From positions 186,001 to 250,000 of the forward strand of contig JBECUI020000028.1 of the NCBI GenBank assembly GCA_040954595.2: a stretch of DNA of 64,000 bases, written 5' to 3'. This DNA is from Balanoglossus misakiensis. Its lineage: Eukaryota > Animalia > Hemichordata. The translations under genes were made by a program, and so were the position numbers. Under the pieces are notes generated by a model that saw only the letters and a list, made by a program, of their open reading frames with translations, made no database searches and was not told the DNA's origin. Every line of letters starts with the position of its first letter. Position 1 is the stretch's first letter. Below are positions 54,331-64,000 of this stretch, piece after piece.

Positions 54331-55911
54331 TCCAAGCAACACGACTCTAGGAGAAAAAATCCTTGTCGCCCTGGTCAAAAAATTGGCTTATACTAAAACA
54401 TCAAATCGGTTATCTCTCAAAGCTAAAAGGGTTATCACCAAACAGATTACAATGCCTAAGTTAAAATGTTTAAGACATTTTCTTTAGTTGTGGTTTTGGT
54501 TTTATCGGTTTTCCCAATAAAAATTAGGATAATTTTTTAAGTATGCCAACGGAGAGGTGGAAATCTCACCAGAAAAGCGAAAATACACCAACCACGTTTA
54601 AACCGTAAAATTAAAAAAAAAACACCTGCAAACACCGAGGTGACTCATATAAAAACCTCAAAGAACGTATGGAATTATGTATGGAAAAATACCGTGGTTT
54701 CCTGACCTTCCGCTAAACAAAGACTATACGTATGGAACTATCGTTCCGTCCACCAGCAAAGAGACTTTCCAGAGAAAAACGTTCTACCCGTACCTTATGT
54801 CGCCATAGTGACGTGCCATTTTGCCACAACCGTTCGACAGTATGGTCGACTATTTTGACACTAAACATCCTGCAGCGCTGCCATCCTTTTCAATCTCACA
54901 AACTGGCCCTACGTGCGCTTAGGCAAGAGGCCTAGCAATAAAATTCTCACAAAATATAACCCTATAAATATGACTAGACTTTCTCGATTATGACTTCCTG
55001 GTCTCCTGATTCGGGAGCCAGCGCAGCCATACCCAGAATAGCCGAGAGGCTAGCTGCACGCCCGTAGCTCGGAATTGTTTCTGGAATTAAACCTACTTCT
55101 GTTCAACTACAAGGTGTTGTACGGATAGCTGCAAGTCACCCAATACCAGACAAAACAATCGAGTGACGGTAACATAGCTAAATAGGCTATTGTACTAAAA
55201 GCAATGATTTGATTATGAGCCTACCGAAAAGACGTCTTGATCCCGCGGCAAGTAGAAGGAAAGTGGTCGAAACCCGGCGTCGCACACCGGAAACGGATCA
55301 ATGATCACCTGTTGTTATGGTGAGTAGAACGTGTTACCCAATCACAGACCAAAGTTAGCATTACGACACACTAATGAATATGCATACATGCTACAGCTGC
55401 ATATTTTATTTCTTTAGAACGCTCTGGAACATGCTCGCATTCGAAAGAATATCTCATTTGCTTTTTGAGTGTGAGTGCCTCATTGTCTACACAATAAAAT
55501 CGGGGGGGGGGGGGGGGCACAGTGGGTAATTTCTACCACAGCCACGCATTTCAAACCAGGCAAGCGAACTGCAAACTTCCGATGTCTGAGCAACGGGTTT
55601 GATGTGCCTTGTGTTGTGAACACTTATTCGACTTCGAGGAAACAGAGCTATAATACTTCCTAATGTGTTTCTCTTTCTGTGTCATTTTGGTCAGTCAGAC
55701 CACGATACCCGAGATCGTAAACTGCTTGGGTTAGGTCGCTTAGGAGGCTGCAACTGCGGCCACAGGTCATGTCGGTGTGTGTTGTAAACAAACATGGTAA
55801 ATGCCTCCCGCACAGCAACACGCTCGCTCTACCGTACTGTCGATCGTTTCCATGTCAGTTTCACGTTGGCTCGTTATAATGTCCCTATGCTTATCGTAAT
55901 CTCGGGATCGT

Positions 55912-56420
55912 AATTATTATTTTATTATTATTATGATTATTATTTATCTTTATTTCAGACACAACCGTCCATAGAAATAGGTTACAAAAACTGACAAAAA
56001 CACTAGAAAAGTAATAAATAAAATAAATGTAAAAAATATAATAGTTTTAAGAATCAATGTAAAATGTCAATCCAGTGGGTATGTAGTCCATAAAAGCGCA
56101 TATCTCATGAGACAAGACGATTGATCAAAACATTGGGACTAGTACAGAGACGAACAGAAAAATTAAAAGCGACTTTTCTTCTCATGACGGAGAAGCAGTT
56201 TACGGCGTTTAGAACAAATATTTTAGAGGCACTTTCGTGTCCGGGTGACCAAGAAGTCTTCGAAGTGCATTGTCGTGACATACGATGATATTCCGGATAT
56301 TATAATCGCACCATAAATGAAAGTCATAAATGTTATTACAAAAAGCATTAAATAAACGCAATTTCACATCGACAGAACACGAATTGAACTTTCTCAGGAG
56401 AAAATTAGGCCTAGCCCTTC
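55912..56420 (-). mobile_element. 5'-truncated non-LTR retrotransposon (LINE) 3' end with an (AAT)n tail
   Basis: Minus-strand translation ARPNFLLRKFNSCSVDVKLRLFNAFCNNIYDFHLWCDY...CHDNALRRLLGHP/HESASKIFV...MRRKVAFNF matches the typical post-RT C-terminus of LINE ORF2. It is followed by TATGGAC...GTCTGAAATAAA and an (AAT)n tail. Clade uncertain. Confidence 0.8.
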
Positions 56421-57369
56421 CACATGTTATGTATTCGTGTTATGATAGTCCCACTGATCTGACAACACGCTCGCTTTTATTGTGGCCTTTTGTCCCGTTC
56501 GCCAGCACTGTGTATAGGCCTGCGTTTTCCGTTAACAGACTATCCCGTTCGCCAACTTTACTGAACTGCAAATTGAAGAATCGGTTTGCAGCTAGGACGA
56601 AACGGCCGGGGTCGCGTACATTAAAGGCCGAACCAATAAGAATAAGTGCCGTAACGACTTGTTACCGACTGGGACGGCTACGAGCCAAGAGCATATTGCA
56701 GCTCAGTGTGGCAGGGCCGGTGGTGTGTCTTACGGGCGATGTCTCCACACACTGTACTGCTCTGTTTGATAAGAGTGTCCAAGCTTCGGACCACGGTCAT
56801 GTTCGGACTTATGTCTTAACTTTGCTTTGTAAACACATTACCAACGTACAACCCCTCCATGTTTGCAGAGAAATTAGATGAAGTCACATGGCGGAGTTCT
56901 CATCCTATCGGGATGCGTTTATCTCTGAATCGGCTGCTTTTCCATCGTCGAGTTTGATTTCATGTCCGATTCATAGTCGAGTTTTATGATGATCCCTGAT
57001 TGATATATATTTTTTTCGGGGGGGGGGGGGTTCCATGGGATTGATAATTCGAGGCAGGAGAAGAAATATGTCGACAGCGCAAATTGCCATTTTCTCGCTT
57101 TGTTTCGTCGATTTTGACAACTTCGCTCTGCATTGGTCGAGTGGTCTTAAATTTTACCCATCTAACAAAACAACTTTGTAGTCTATAAAGTGCTCCCAGC
57201 TGGAATAAACGTCGATTCAATTCGATTCATCATGAATTTGATCAAATTTTCTAAAAAACTCACTTGCGGGCGCTGCTCTCAATGAAAGCAGGTAACGTAA
57301 CACAAACTGGTCGTTTTTTCATACTTGTGCTATATTAAAGTAGGAAGCGTGGCCAACGTTTGGACTTAA

Positions 57370-58080
57370 TTTGTTGTTATTGACCTAATACCACACGAGC
57401 TGATATGACCTAATTTCAAAAAACTGTCCCAAAACTGCCAAACTCAAATATTCAAACATCACCATAATTGTACAATATCTTACATCAATCAGTATAAGGA
57501 ACATGCTTACCGAAGTTCAAAGCAATCTAACAAGTGGTTTCAAGGACAAAAACTTCTGACGAAAAATTGCAACAGTTAGGCCCTACCTCAAGAACATAAA
57601 TATGCACATTTCAGCAAAAATTTAACACAACTCACAATTGCTTAACCCTGAAAACATGCCTACCAATTTTCAAAGCAATCTGACAAGCGATTTCCGAGAA
57701 AACGAATTTTGACCAAAAATTGCAAAATTTGGCCCATAATTACAAATACGCAAACTTAGCAACAATTTGAAAAAAAAAACAAAGATCACCTATAGGAAGC
57801 TTTATAATTATACTGAATTTTTTTTAGAGAAATCGACCAATCACTTTCATAGAAGATGTGGAAAAAATGACAAAAGTCATAAAAAGTAGAAAATTCACGA
57901 TATAAGGTCAAAACTTATAGAGCTCTGTGATGTTGGCAGAAGATATATGCATACCAATTTTCAAAGAAATCTGACCAGTAGTTTTCAGCTAATGTGTCCG
58001 AGATCAGACAAAAACAGAGAACAGAACAGCCAAAGTGAGAGAACAGAATAGCCAAAACTATCACCAGCGCTTAACTCCAC
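57370..58080 (+). repeat. Second fragment of the CCAAATTTCAAAGCAATC repeat family, ending in ACAG-rich repeats
   Basis: Same modules as 53900-54330, with GAGAACAGAA repeats at 58005-58050. Confidence 0.55.
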
Positions 58081-59163
58081 ATCTGAAAGCAAACCATTTG
58101 TTAGAGCGATATTCAGGTCCTAAGAAAACCCAAACTTCAATCAGACAGAACATACTGGTAATCACAATTGCCTTCTGATTGGAATCTGTGCAGGAAAAGC
58201 AACAACAAATACTGATCCTCACCTGAAATCAAAGAGACAGACAGAAGCACTCATTTTATCAGAATATTTATTTTAAGTATGCAAAAATCCTAACATGATA
58301 TATCTGTCTACTTATTTATCATGATAGGAAAATTGTTGGAATAAAAATATCAAAGATATTCCTTCCTAATGCTGCATATAATATTTACATACTCTGGCAG
58401 TCTTGTAAATACAATGAAATGTTAGTCAAAAGCTCTTCTTAAGAACTGAGTAATTCTCAGTACAAAAAGCAATATGTGGAAAATACCAACTTAGCATCTT
58501 ATGCAAAATCAACAAAATTGAGGAATGGTGTCCCCCCTCCCCTTCAGCACTATACATGATTCAACAGCCTCAGAGGGTCATTCTTCACACACACATAAAA
58601 TGAATGGCTGATTACATGAAATATTTTCGAAAGTCAATAAGTGGTCATGAAAGGCTCTTGTTTTTGTTAAAATAAAAAAATGTTAGGAAATTCAAGAAAA
58701 GTAAAAAGCAATGTATGTGAATATTGATATTAAAAACATGTGATTTTAATTGTTTGGCTACTATGGTCACTGGATAGAAGAGATTAGGACTCTTTAATGA
58801 CTTTATTTGCATTTGAATAGTGAACTTTCCTTTTGACGTTGAACCCCCTAGCTGGACGAGAAAATGATCTAAATGTATCATGAACGTTTATTTTGTTGAT
58901 ACCATTCATTAATTTACCTTTTTAGGCATATATAAATGCATTATATCTCGATTGTAATTTGAGTGCATTTCGAGTCTATTAAAGTAGTTTTCGTCGTACG
59001 AGGTCTCCTTCACTCCAGTCACTTCCTTATAACAGACTATATTTCTTCACATGCATCTAATAGTTTGATTCTAACATACTTGTCACGGGTGTCGCCGTTC
59101 ACCACAAAACACACCAACATGGTTTAAAGGTTTCACAAGACATAGGCCTATAACATTTCTTAA

Positions 59164-59482
59164 CTGAAATTGAACAGGGACATCATCAGTTCATATGTGT
59201 GGCCGGTCTGGCTACACAGGTGAACTGCTAAATTACGCACATGTATGGGAGTTCACCTACAGCAGAATACACAAACATTCATGCAAGTGAAAAATACAGA
59301 AGTACAATTGAAGACTTGACGCAAGTTCAGACACCAATTACTTGTGCTAAAATGAGCCAGTAGAATGCACCTATATAAAAATGCTTCAAGCTACAGGTAA
59401 AGTACAAGGAAAACTAACCTGAAATTGAACATAGACATCTTCAGTTCATACATGTGGCCGGTCTGGATACAGAGGTGAACTG
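59164..59482. repeat. Direct repeat pair (~64 bp, ~255 bp apart)
   Basis: CTGAAATTGAACA..GACATC.TCAGTTCATA..TGTGGCCGGTCTGG.TACA.AGGTGAACTG at ~59164 and ~59419. Confidence 0.8.
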
Positions 59483-60797
59483 ACTAAGTATATGCATGGT
59501 GTCCTTTTATATCAGCAATCTACACTATGGTGGCGCATTACCTTGAGTTCATTAGTCAAATGAAACATCCTGGTGGTTTGCATATAATTGAGATCATCAA
59601 ATAGACTGTAAGTTCTATCATTACTAGAAAGGTGTTCTCATGAATAAATGATTAAATGATGACTGCAAAGAATACAGGTGTTACATACATACATATATTA
59701 CATATATATTCAAGTGAACGAATGGTTCGGTCCAAATCCATTGTTTCCTGCTGGAAAGTTGGATGTCTACACAGGGAATTGGGTGAAAGGTGAGAGTGCT
59801 AAGAAAAAAGGCTGATGGTAATTTTCCATTTTTATCTAAATTGAATACATGTGTGGGCTTAATCTTTCCCAATAATGCTGACACACAAAAAGTTCATTGT
59901 TTTACCAAACTTTCCTTGAGAGTCGAATGAAGGCACTTGATATTAGCACAGAGACTGATTTTTTCCACACACCACTTTTCTCTTTTCATAGAGCTCCATT
60001 CAAATTTTGTACACAACAATGTAATAACATTGTCACTACCCAAGCCTAACTTTCAAATTACAATGTGACATTTCAAAACACTGTTAGACTCCCCAATGAA
60101 CCATTAACTCTGGATCAGCATCCCTTCAAATTAGTGATAGCCCTGGGGTGAGTTTCGTTAATTTTGTTATAATGGTGTTATTTAATTGTTTGGCTGTAAC
60201 ACAAATTACTACATGGAAGTATAAACATGTTATGTCCACACATATGCTGTAGGTTCAGCTTCAATTCAATTTTCAGCAATCAGATCATAACAAATTATTC
60301 CAAAAAAAATGAACATCAAGAGCTGGTGACTTTGTGGCTTTCACATGATAAATATAAACGTGTGAACATTGCCCCATGCTAGAGTGTGATATTAACACGT
60401 CTCAAACAACCTACAATTCTCTGTATATAATGAAACACATTCATTATAGCTGGATTAGTTGGTTCACAGGTAATCTGTAACCAGATAGGCTGACCTGAGC
60501 AATCCATGTTTTTGCAAGTGTTTTATTGTCACTGTCATAGTGTGACTTCTTTGGTGTAATGCTCCACTGAACACAAGAGTATTAAAATTGGACAGATAAA
60601 TGACCAATAACACAAAGTCTGTGATTGGGTAATACAAATGATAAGTACACAACTGGAAGATCTGTCACTCAAAGTTTTGTCTATTGCTCTTTTCCCTGAG
60701 GGAGAAATAGAGAGCAATTTTAGAGATACGTTCTTCAGTTTAATGATCAGGCATTAATGAAATATTAGTCTAGTATATAGCTGTATTTTGTCAGCTT

Positions 60798-61123
60798 TGC
60801 TTCCAAAAACTATGCATGCCACTGCCCCAATAAAGCACGATACCCCTTGCTGGGAATTGTGATGTAATTAATATCACTTTGAAGTCAATCACAGACTTTT
60901 TTTTCCATTGATTGGTCAAAGGATACATGTGTTGTTAAGGATGAGTACCATTTTGACTTTAGATTAGCCTTGCCTTCACTGTATCTTTACACACAATCAC
61001 CATTGATCAGTTTATGTGCGTGACTTCAAGGGGGATGCTAGTTACATCACAATTCCCAGCAAGGGCTATCAGGCTTTATTGGGCCAGTGGCATGCATGAC
61101 TCTAAATGTTCGTTTTGGAAGCA
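60798..61123. repeat. Foldback element with ~95-bp imperfect inverted arms
   Basis: ATGCATGCCACTGCCCCAATAAAGC...CCTTGCTGGGAATTGTGATGTAA pairs with TTACATCACAATTCCCAGCAAGG...GCTTTATTGGGCCAGTGGCATGCAT. Confidence 0.85.
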
Positions 61124-61140
61124 GAAAAAATGGGTATATA

Positions 61141-61347
61141 CTGTAAAACATGAAATTTTCCCAACAGGAAATTTTCGCAATATCAAAAGTGGCGACTGTT
61201 ATGTAATGATTAATTTTCGCATTCTCGAATTTCAATTCATCATTATTTCAGAAAAACATTTTTTTGCGACTTTTTAGTTTTCAGGTTATTTTGGCTCTTG
61301 CATGATTCATGCAAATTTATCGCTCGTGAAAATTTCCTGTTTTACAG
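61141..61347. mobile_element. 207-bp MITE, TA TSD
   Basis: TIRs CTGTAAAACATGAAATTTTC / CTGTAAAACAGGAAATTTTC, flanked by TA on both sides. Confidence 0.85.
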
Positions 61348-61635
61348 TACATCCTAAGTATCTTTTTTTCACACCAGAAGACAATGCATAGTTGCTTTGT
61401 GTATGGCAGACTTTGTATTACGATAGACACTGACAACCAGTTACATCTGTCTCGCATACAAATATGGTCATATTGAAATAAGGTATTACGATGGAAACAA
61501 AGTAAAGCTAATGCAAGAATTAGTACAGAACAAGTCTATTCTGTTACTACACTGGAATAACCATTCTGTGTTATTTGATCTGTTTAATTAAAGTCTACAG
61601 TCTCGTGTTCATTATAGTCAGTTTCCTGTATGAAT

Positions 61636-61920
61636 TTATTGATTCAGAATATCAAAAAGACTCATGTCATCAGCCAGCAGACTACTACTTGATTGTTGCT
61701 GTGTTTGTTGCATGCTGGGTGCCAAGCCCATCTGAGGTACCTGTGGTCGCGGCCGTGGCTGTTGTCCTAGTAACAGCTGTTGTTGTTGTTGTGATTGCTG
61801 TTGTTGTAAGAACTGCTGTTGTTGTTGCCATGTTTGTTGTGTTGCTGCTGGTTGTTGTTGTTGTGGTGGTGGTGGTGGAATGGTTGCTTGTGTACCGCTA
61901 GCTTGTTGTTTTTGTTGTTG
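61636..61920 (-). CDS. MED25: Terminal coding exon of a Q/P-rich protein, MED25-like C-terminus
   Basis: A TTCAACAG acceptor precedes 95 open codons QQQKQQASG...PPPPPQQQQ...SSSLLADDMSLFDILNQ*. The acidic-hydrophobic end resembles the MED25 C-terminal DD-hydrophobic motif as I recall it. Confidence 0.55.
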   Translation of the reverse strand, partial: QQQKQQASGTQATIPPPPPQQQQPAATQQTWQQQQQFLQQQQSQQQQQLLLGQQPRPRPQVPQMGLAPSMQQTQQQSSSSLLADDMSLFDILNQ

Positions 61921-62104
61921 CTGTTGAATGCAAACAAAATGGTTTTCTTTTTAAAGTCACTTCACAGAAAGCGGCAATGTATCAGGAGACAGCTCTCTTT
62001 AACGTTCTTCACATTTGTCAATCAGACTGAAATTTAGGGAGGCATAAAGTAACTGTAATTTCGGGTATAGTCGTGTCGTGTCTACTATTTGATGGTTAAT
62101 TTCA

Positions 62105-62311
62105 GGACCCCCATTGACCTAATTAATTATGTACACACCTAATTCTAGGCTAACCAATAGATCTAGAAGTTTGGATTTTGTAGGACATAAATCAGTTTAG
62201 GATCAAAACTTTTTGACAAAATTTCTGGTATCCACAGCAGATAATCCTTGGCATTCTGTAGAAACCCTGGGAATCGCTTGGGCCCAGTGAACACTGCTTT
62301 CAGCTTTAATT
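62105..62311 (-). repeat. Inverted terminal fragment of the 37853 repeat family inside an intron
   Basis: The minus strand starts AATTAAAGCTGAAAGCAGTG...ATCTGCTGTGGATACCAG...CTATTGGTTAGCCTAGAATTAG and is colinear with 37853-38090. Confidence 0.75.
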
Positions 62312-63066
62312 CACCATGTAATCAGATGCAGACATTTTGAAAACAATGTGATTTAAATTCTAAGCAGACTTTTGTTAAAGGGTTATGATCGTCTAATGCG
62401 CATGTGCCAAAGCAGAGATTCTGGTTACAAAAACTTTATCAATGACACAATTCTGTCTATACAACAGACAAGATGGCGGCAACCATACTCTGTGTCGTAA
62501 ATTAGGAAAAAAAAACAGCAAATTGAGTGAAAAGAAGAGACAAAATGAAAGTCTTCTTTATATATATATATATATGGTGGGAAAGAAATATGAAAGGAAG
62601 TGAAGGCAGTCCACTATTTGAATGCATGCACATAAAATTTGCAGATATTTGGATTTGATCTTATTTTGTACACACAAAATTACACATATGTGCATAAGAG
62701 TAAGACGATTGTCTGCATTTAAAACTGTCTGACGGAGGTTATCATCAGTGCTTCCACACTGATACCATGGAAAAACTAGAAGAATTGAAAATAAGAATGA
62801 GACAAGATTTGTTGTATTCCTCTGTCTGTAATTTAGGTCTGCTTTGGGCAAATAGTGCTTTGAATTTATTCTGTGTGACTGTCAGGTCCCAAATACATTA
62901 AGATAATTTCGGGAATGGCACAGACCATGTTATTTGTAACATCAAGAAAGCTCCTTTTTTGAGAAAAATGATTTTATTTTTCCCCACATAACAATTCCCA
63001 GGAGTGACACGGGTATCAGTCTTGGTTTTCAAAATATTCACTGTTCACATTATTGTGACAACTTAC

Positions 63067-63285
63067 TTGAAAGTGGTGTCTTAGTTGTTGATTTGTTGAT
63101 TGTATATTGGATGGCTGTGCTTGCACTGCTTGTTGTTGTTGTTGGGCTATCTTTGTAATTGCTTTTGTTGTTGTCTTTGTGTTATGAGTTGATTTTGTCG
63201 TGCATGTTGATCTTGCTGATTCTTCAATTCAAGTTCTTATTTTCTGTGCCATCTCTAGATTCTCCTGCAGTGCTTGAATATTCCT
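63067..63285 (-). pseudogene. MED25: Penultimate MED25-like exon with two compensating frameshifts
   Basis: Bounded by a TTTTAG acceptor and a GTAAGT donor, 219 bp. The mosaic translation is RNIQALQENLEMAQK/ELELKNQQ...QLQ/IAQQQQQAVQ...TNQQLRHHFQ, and the literal frame meets TGA. It resembles the invertebrate MED25 coiled coil and the LRHLL NR-box position. Confidence 0.5.
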
Positions 63286-63549
63286 CTAAAAGATCAAACA
63301 AAGAAAAGTGTAAACAGTCAATCATTGTCATGTGTCAATCTACCAACAGGTAACTGACTACAGGAGCTTCAGCCAATTTTCACTTGGGAGATTATTGAAA
63401 TCAATTTAAAGCTCAGTAACTCCAACTTCGGGTTATTTTCTCAATATTTTTTTGGGGTATCAACTGTGGTTTCTTGTCCCACTTATCATGGAATTAATCA
63501 TATTCAAATATTTGAAGGGATTAAAAAGTACATACTGTAAAACACTTTA

Positions 63550-63883
63550 GTGCCTTTCACACGTGCCATCAACGCCGCCCCAGCAGCGGCCCTAGGGCGG
63601 CGTTAATTTGTAAGTGCCACGTGTGAAAAGGTGAGAGCGGCTTTTTTGGGGACGGTGTTGAGGGGTGGGACCTGGGTCGGGGCGCTGCACTAAACAGCGA
63701 CTCAAATCACGTGTGAACATTGTGACCTTTAGTCACGCTGCTGTGGACGCGCGTAGAGGGCGATGACCCTGTCCCTTTTATACACATGTGCATGCAAAAG
63801 TATTTGAGTCACTGATAAGAAATGTTTACCAAATTTTATAATCCCAAAAAGGGCGCCCTAACAATGGCACGTGTGCAAGCGGC
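63550..63883. mobile_element. PIF/Harbinger-like MITE nested in a CTGTAAAA-type MITE starting at 63535
   Basis: The ends GTGCCTTTCACACGTGCCAT and ATGGCACGTGTGCAAGCGGC are inverted, TTTA is present on both sides, and CACGTGTGAA repeats occur internally. Confidence 0.65.
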
Positions 63884-64000
63884 TTTAATTTTTCGCGAGC
63901 AATACATTTTCGCCAAATACGCAAGTGCAAAAATAGTGTAAAAATAAAGTGTCACGTAAATTTTTTTGAAGATAACGATGCAGTGAATGAAATAAGTGAA

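Noticed and set aside
55701-55911. Small element bounded by ACGATACCCGAGAT / ATCTCGGGATCGT
   Set aside because: The inverted match is short and imperfect, and no TSD could be established next to the LINE tail.
56330-56881. 183-aa plus-strand ORF
   Set aside because: It partly overlaps the LINE fragment in antisense and has no recognisable domain.
61575-62037. Val/Leu-rich hydrophobic ORFs resembling membrane proteins
   Set aside because: They are antisense shadows of the CAA/CAG-rich exon on the minus strand.

Overview
AT-rich, repeat-dense animal genomic DNA, probably from a marine invertebrate (inferred from GT-AG introns and the transposon families present). From left to right: (1) the decayed, intron-containing 3' end and right terminus of a Zator-like DNA transposon; (2) a dead CryptonA-type tyrosine recombinase (DUF3504-like); (3) a second Zator-like element starting at 3212 with two head-to-head spliced genes 241 bp apart, a SAM-domain/coiled-coil/acidic-tail gene on the minus strand and a DD43E transposase on the plus strand; (4) a ~25.8-kb satellite of ~175-194-bp monomers arranged as a 947-bp five-monomer higher-order repeat, which starts ~11 bp after a transposase splice donor, is interrupted by a 2.8-kb TA-flanked TIR element and ends at a tRNA-like A/B-box remnant; (5) a 54-bp minisatellite, a ~12-kb degenerate tandem array of a Crypton-like non-autonomous repeat, and a triplicated 1.41-kb unit, with hAT-like, Kolobok-like and Crypton-like MITE insertions whose empty sites are visible in sister copies; (6) a truncated LINE 3' end; (7) the last two exons and probable 3' UTR of a Q-rich MED25-like gene on the minus strand, with frameshifts in the penultimate exon. 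Family assignments rest on motifs recognised by eye and recalled; no database search was run.
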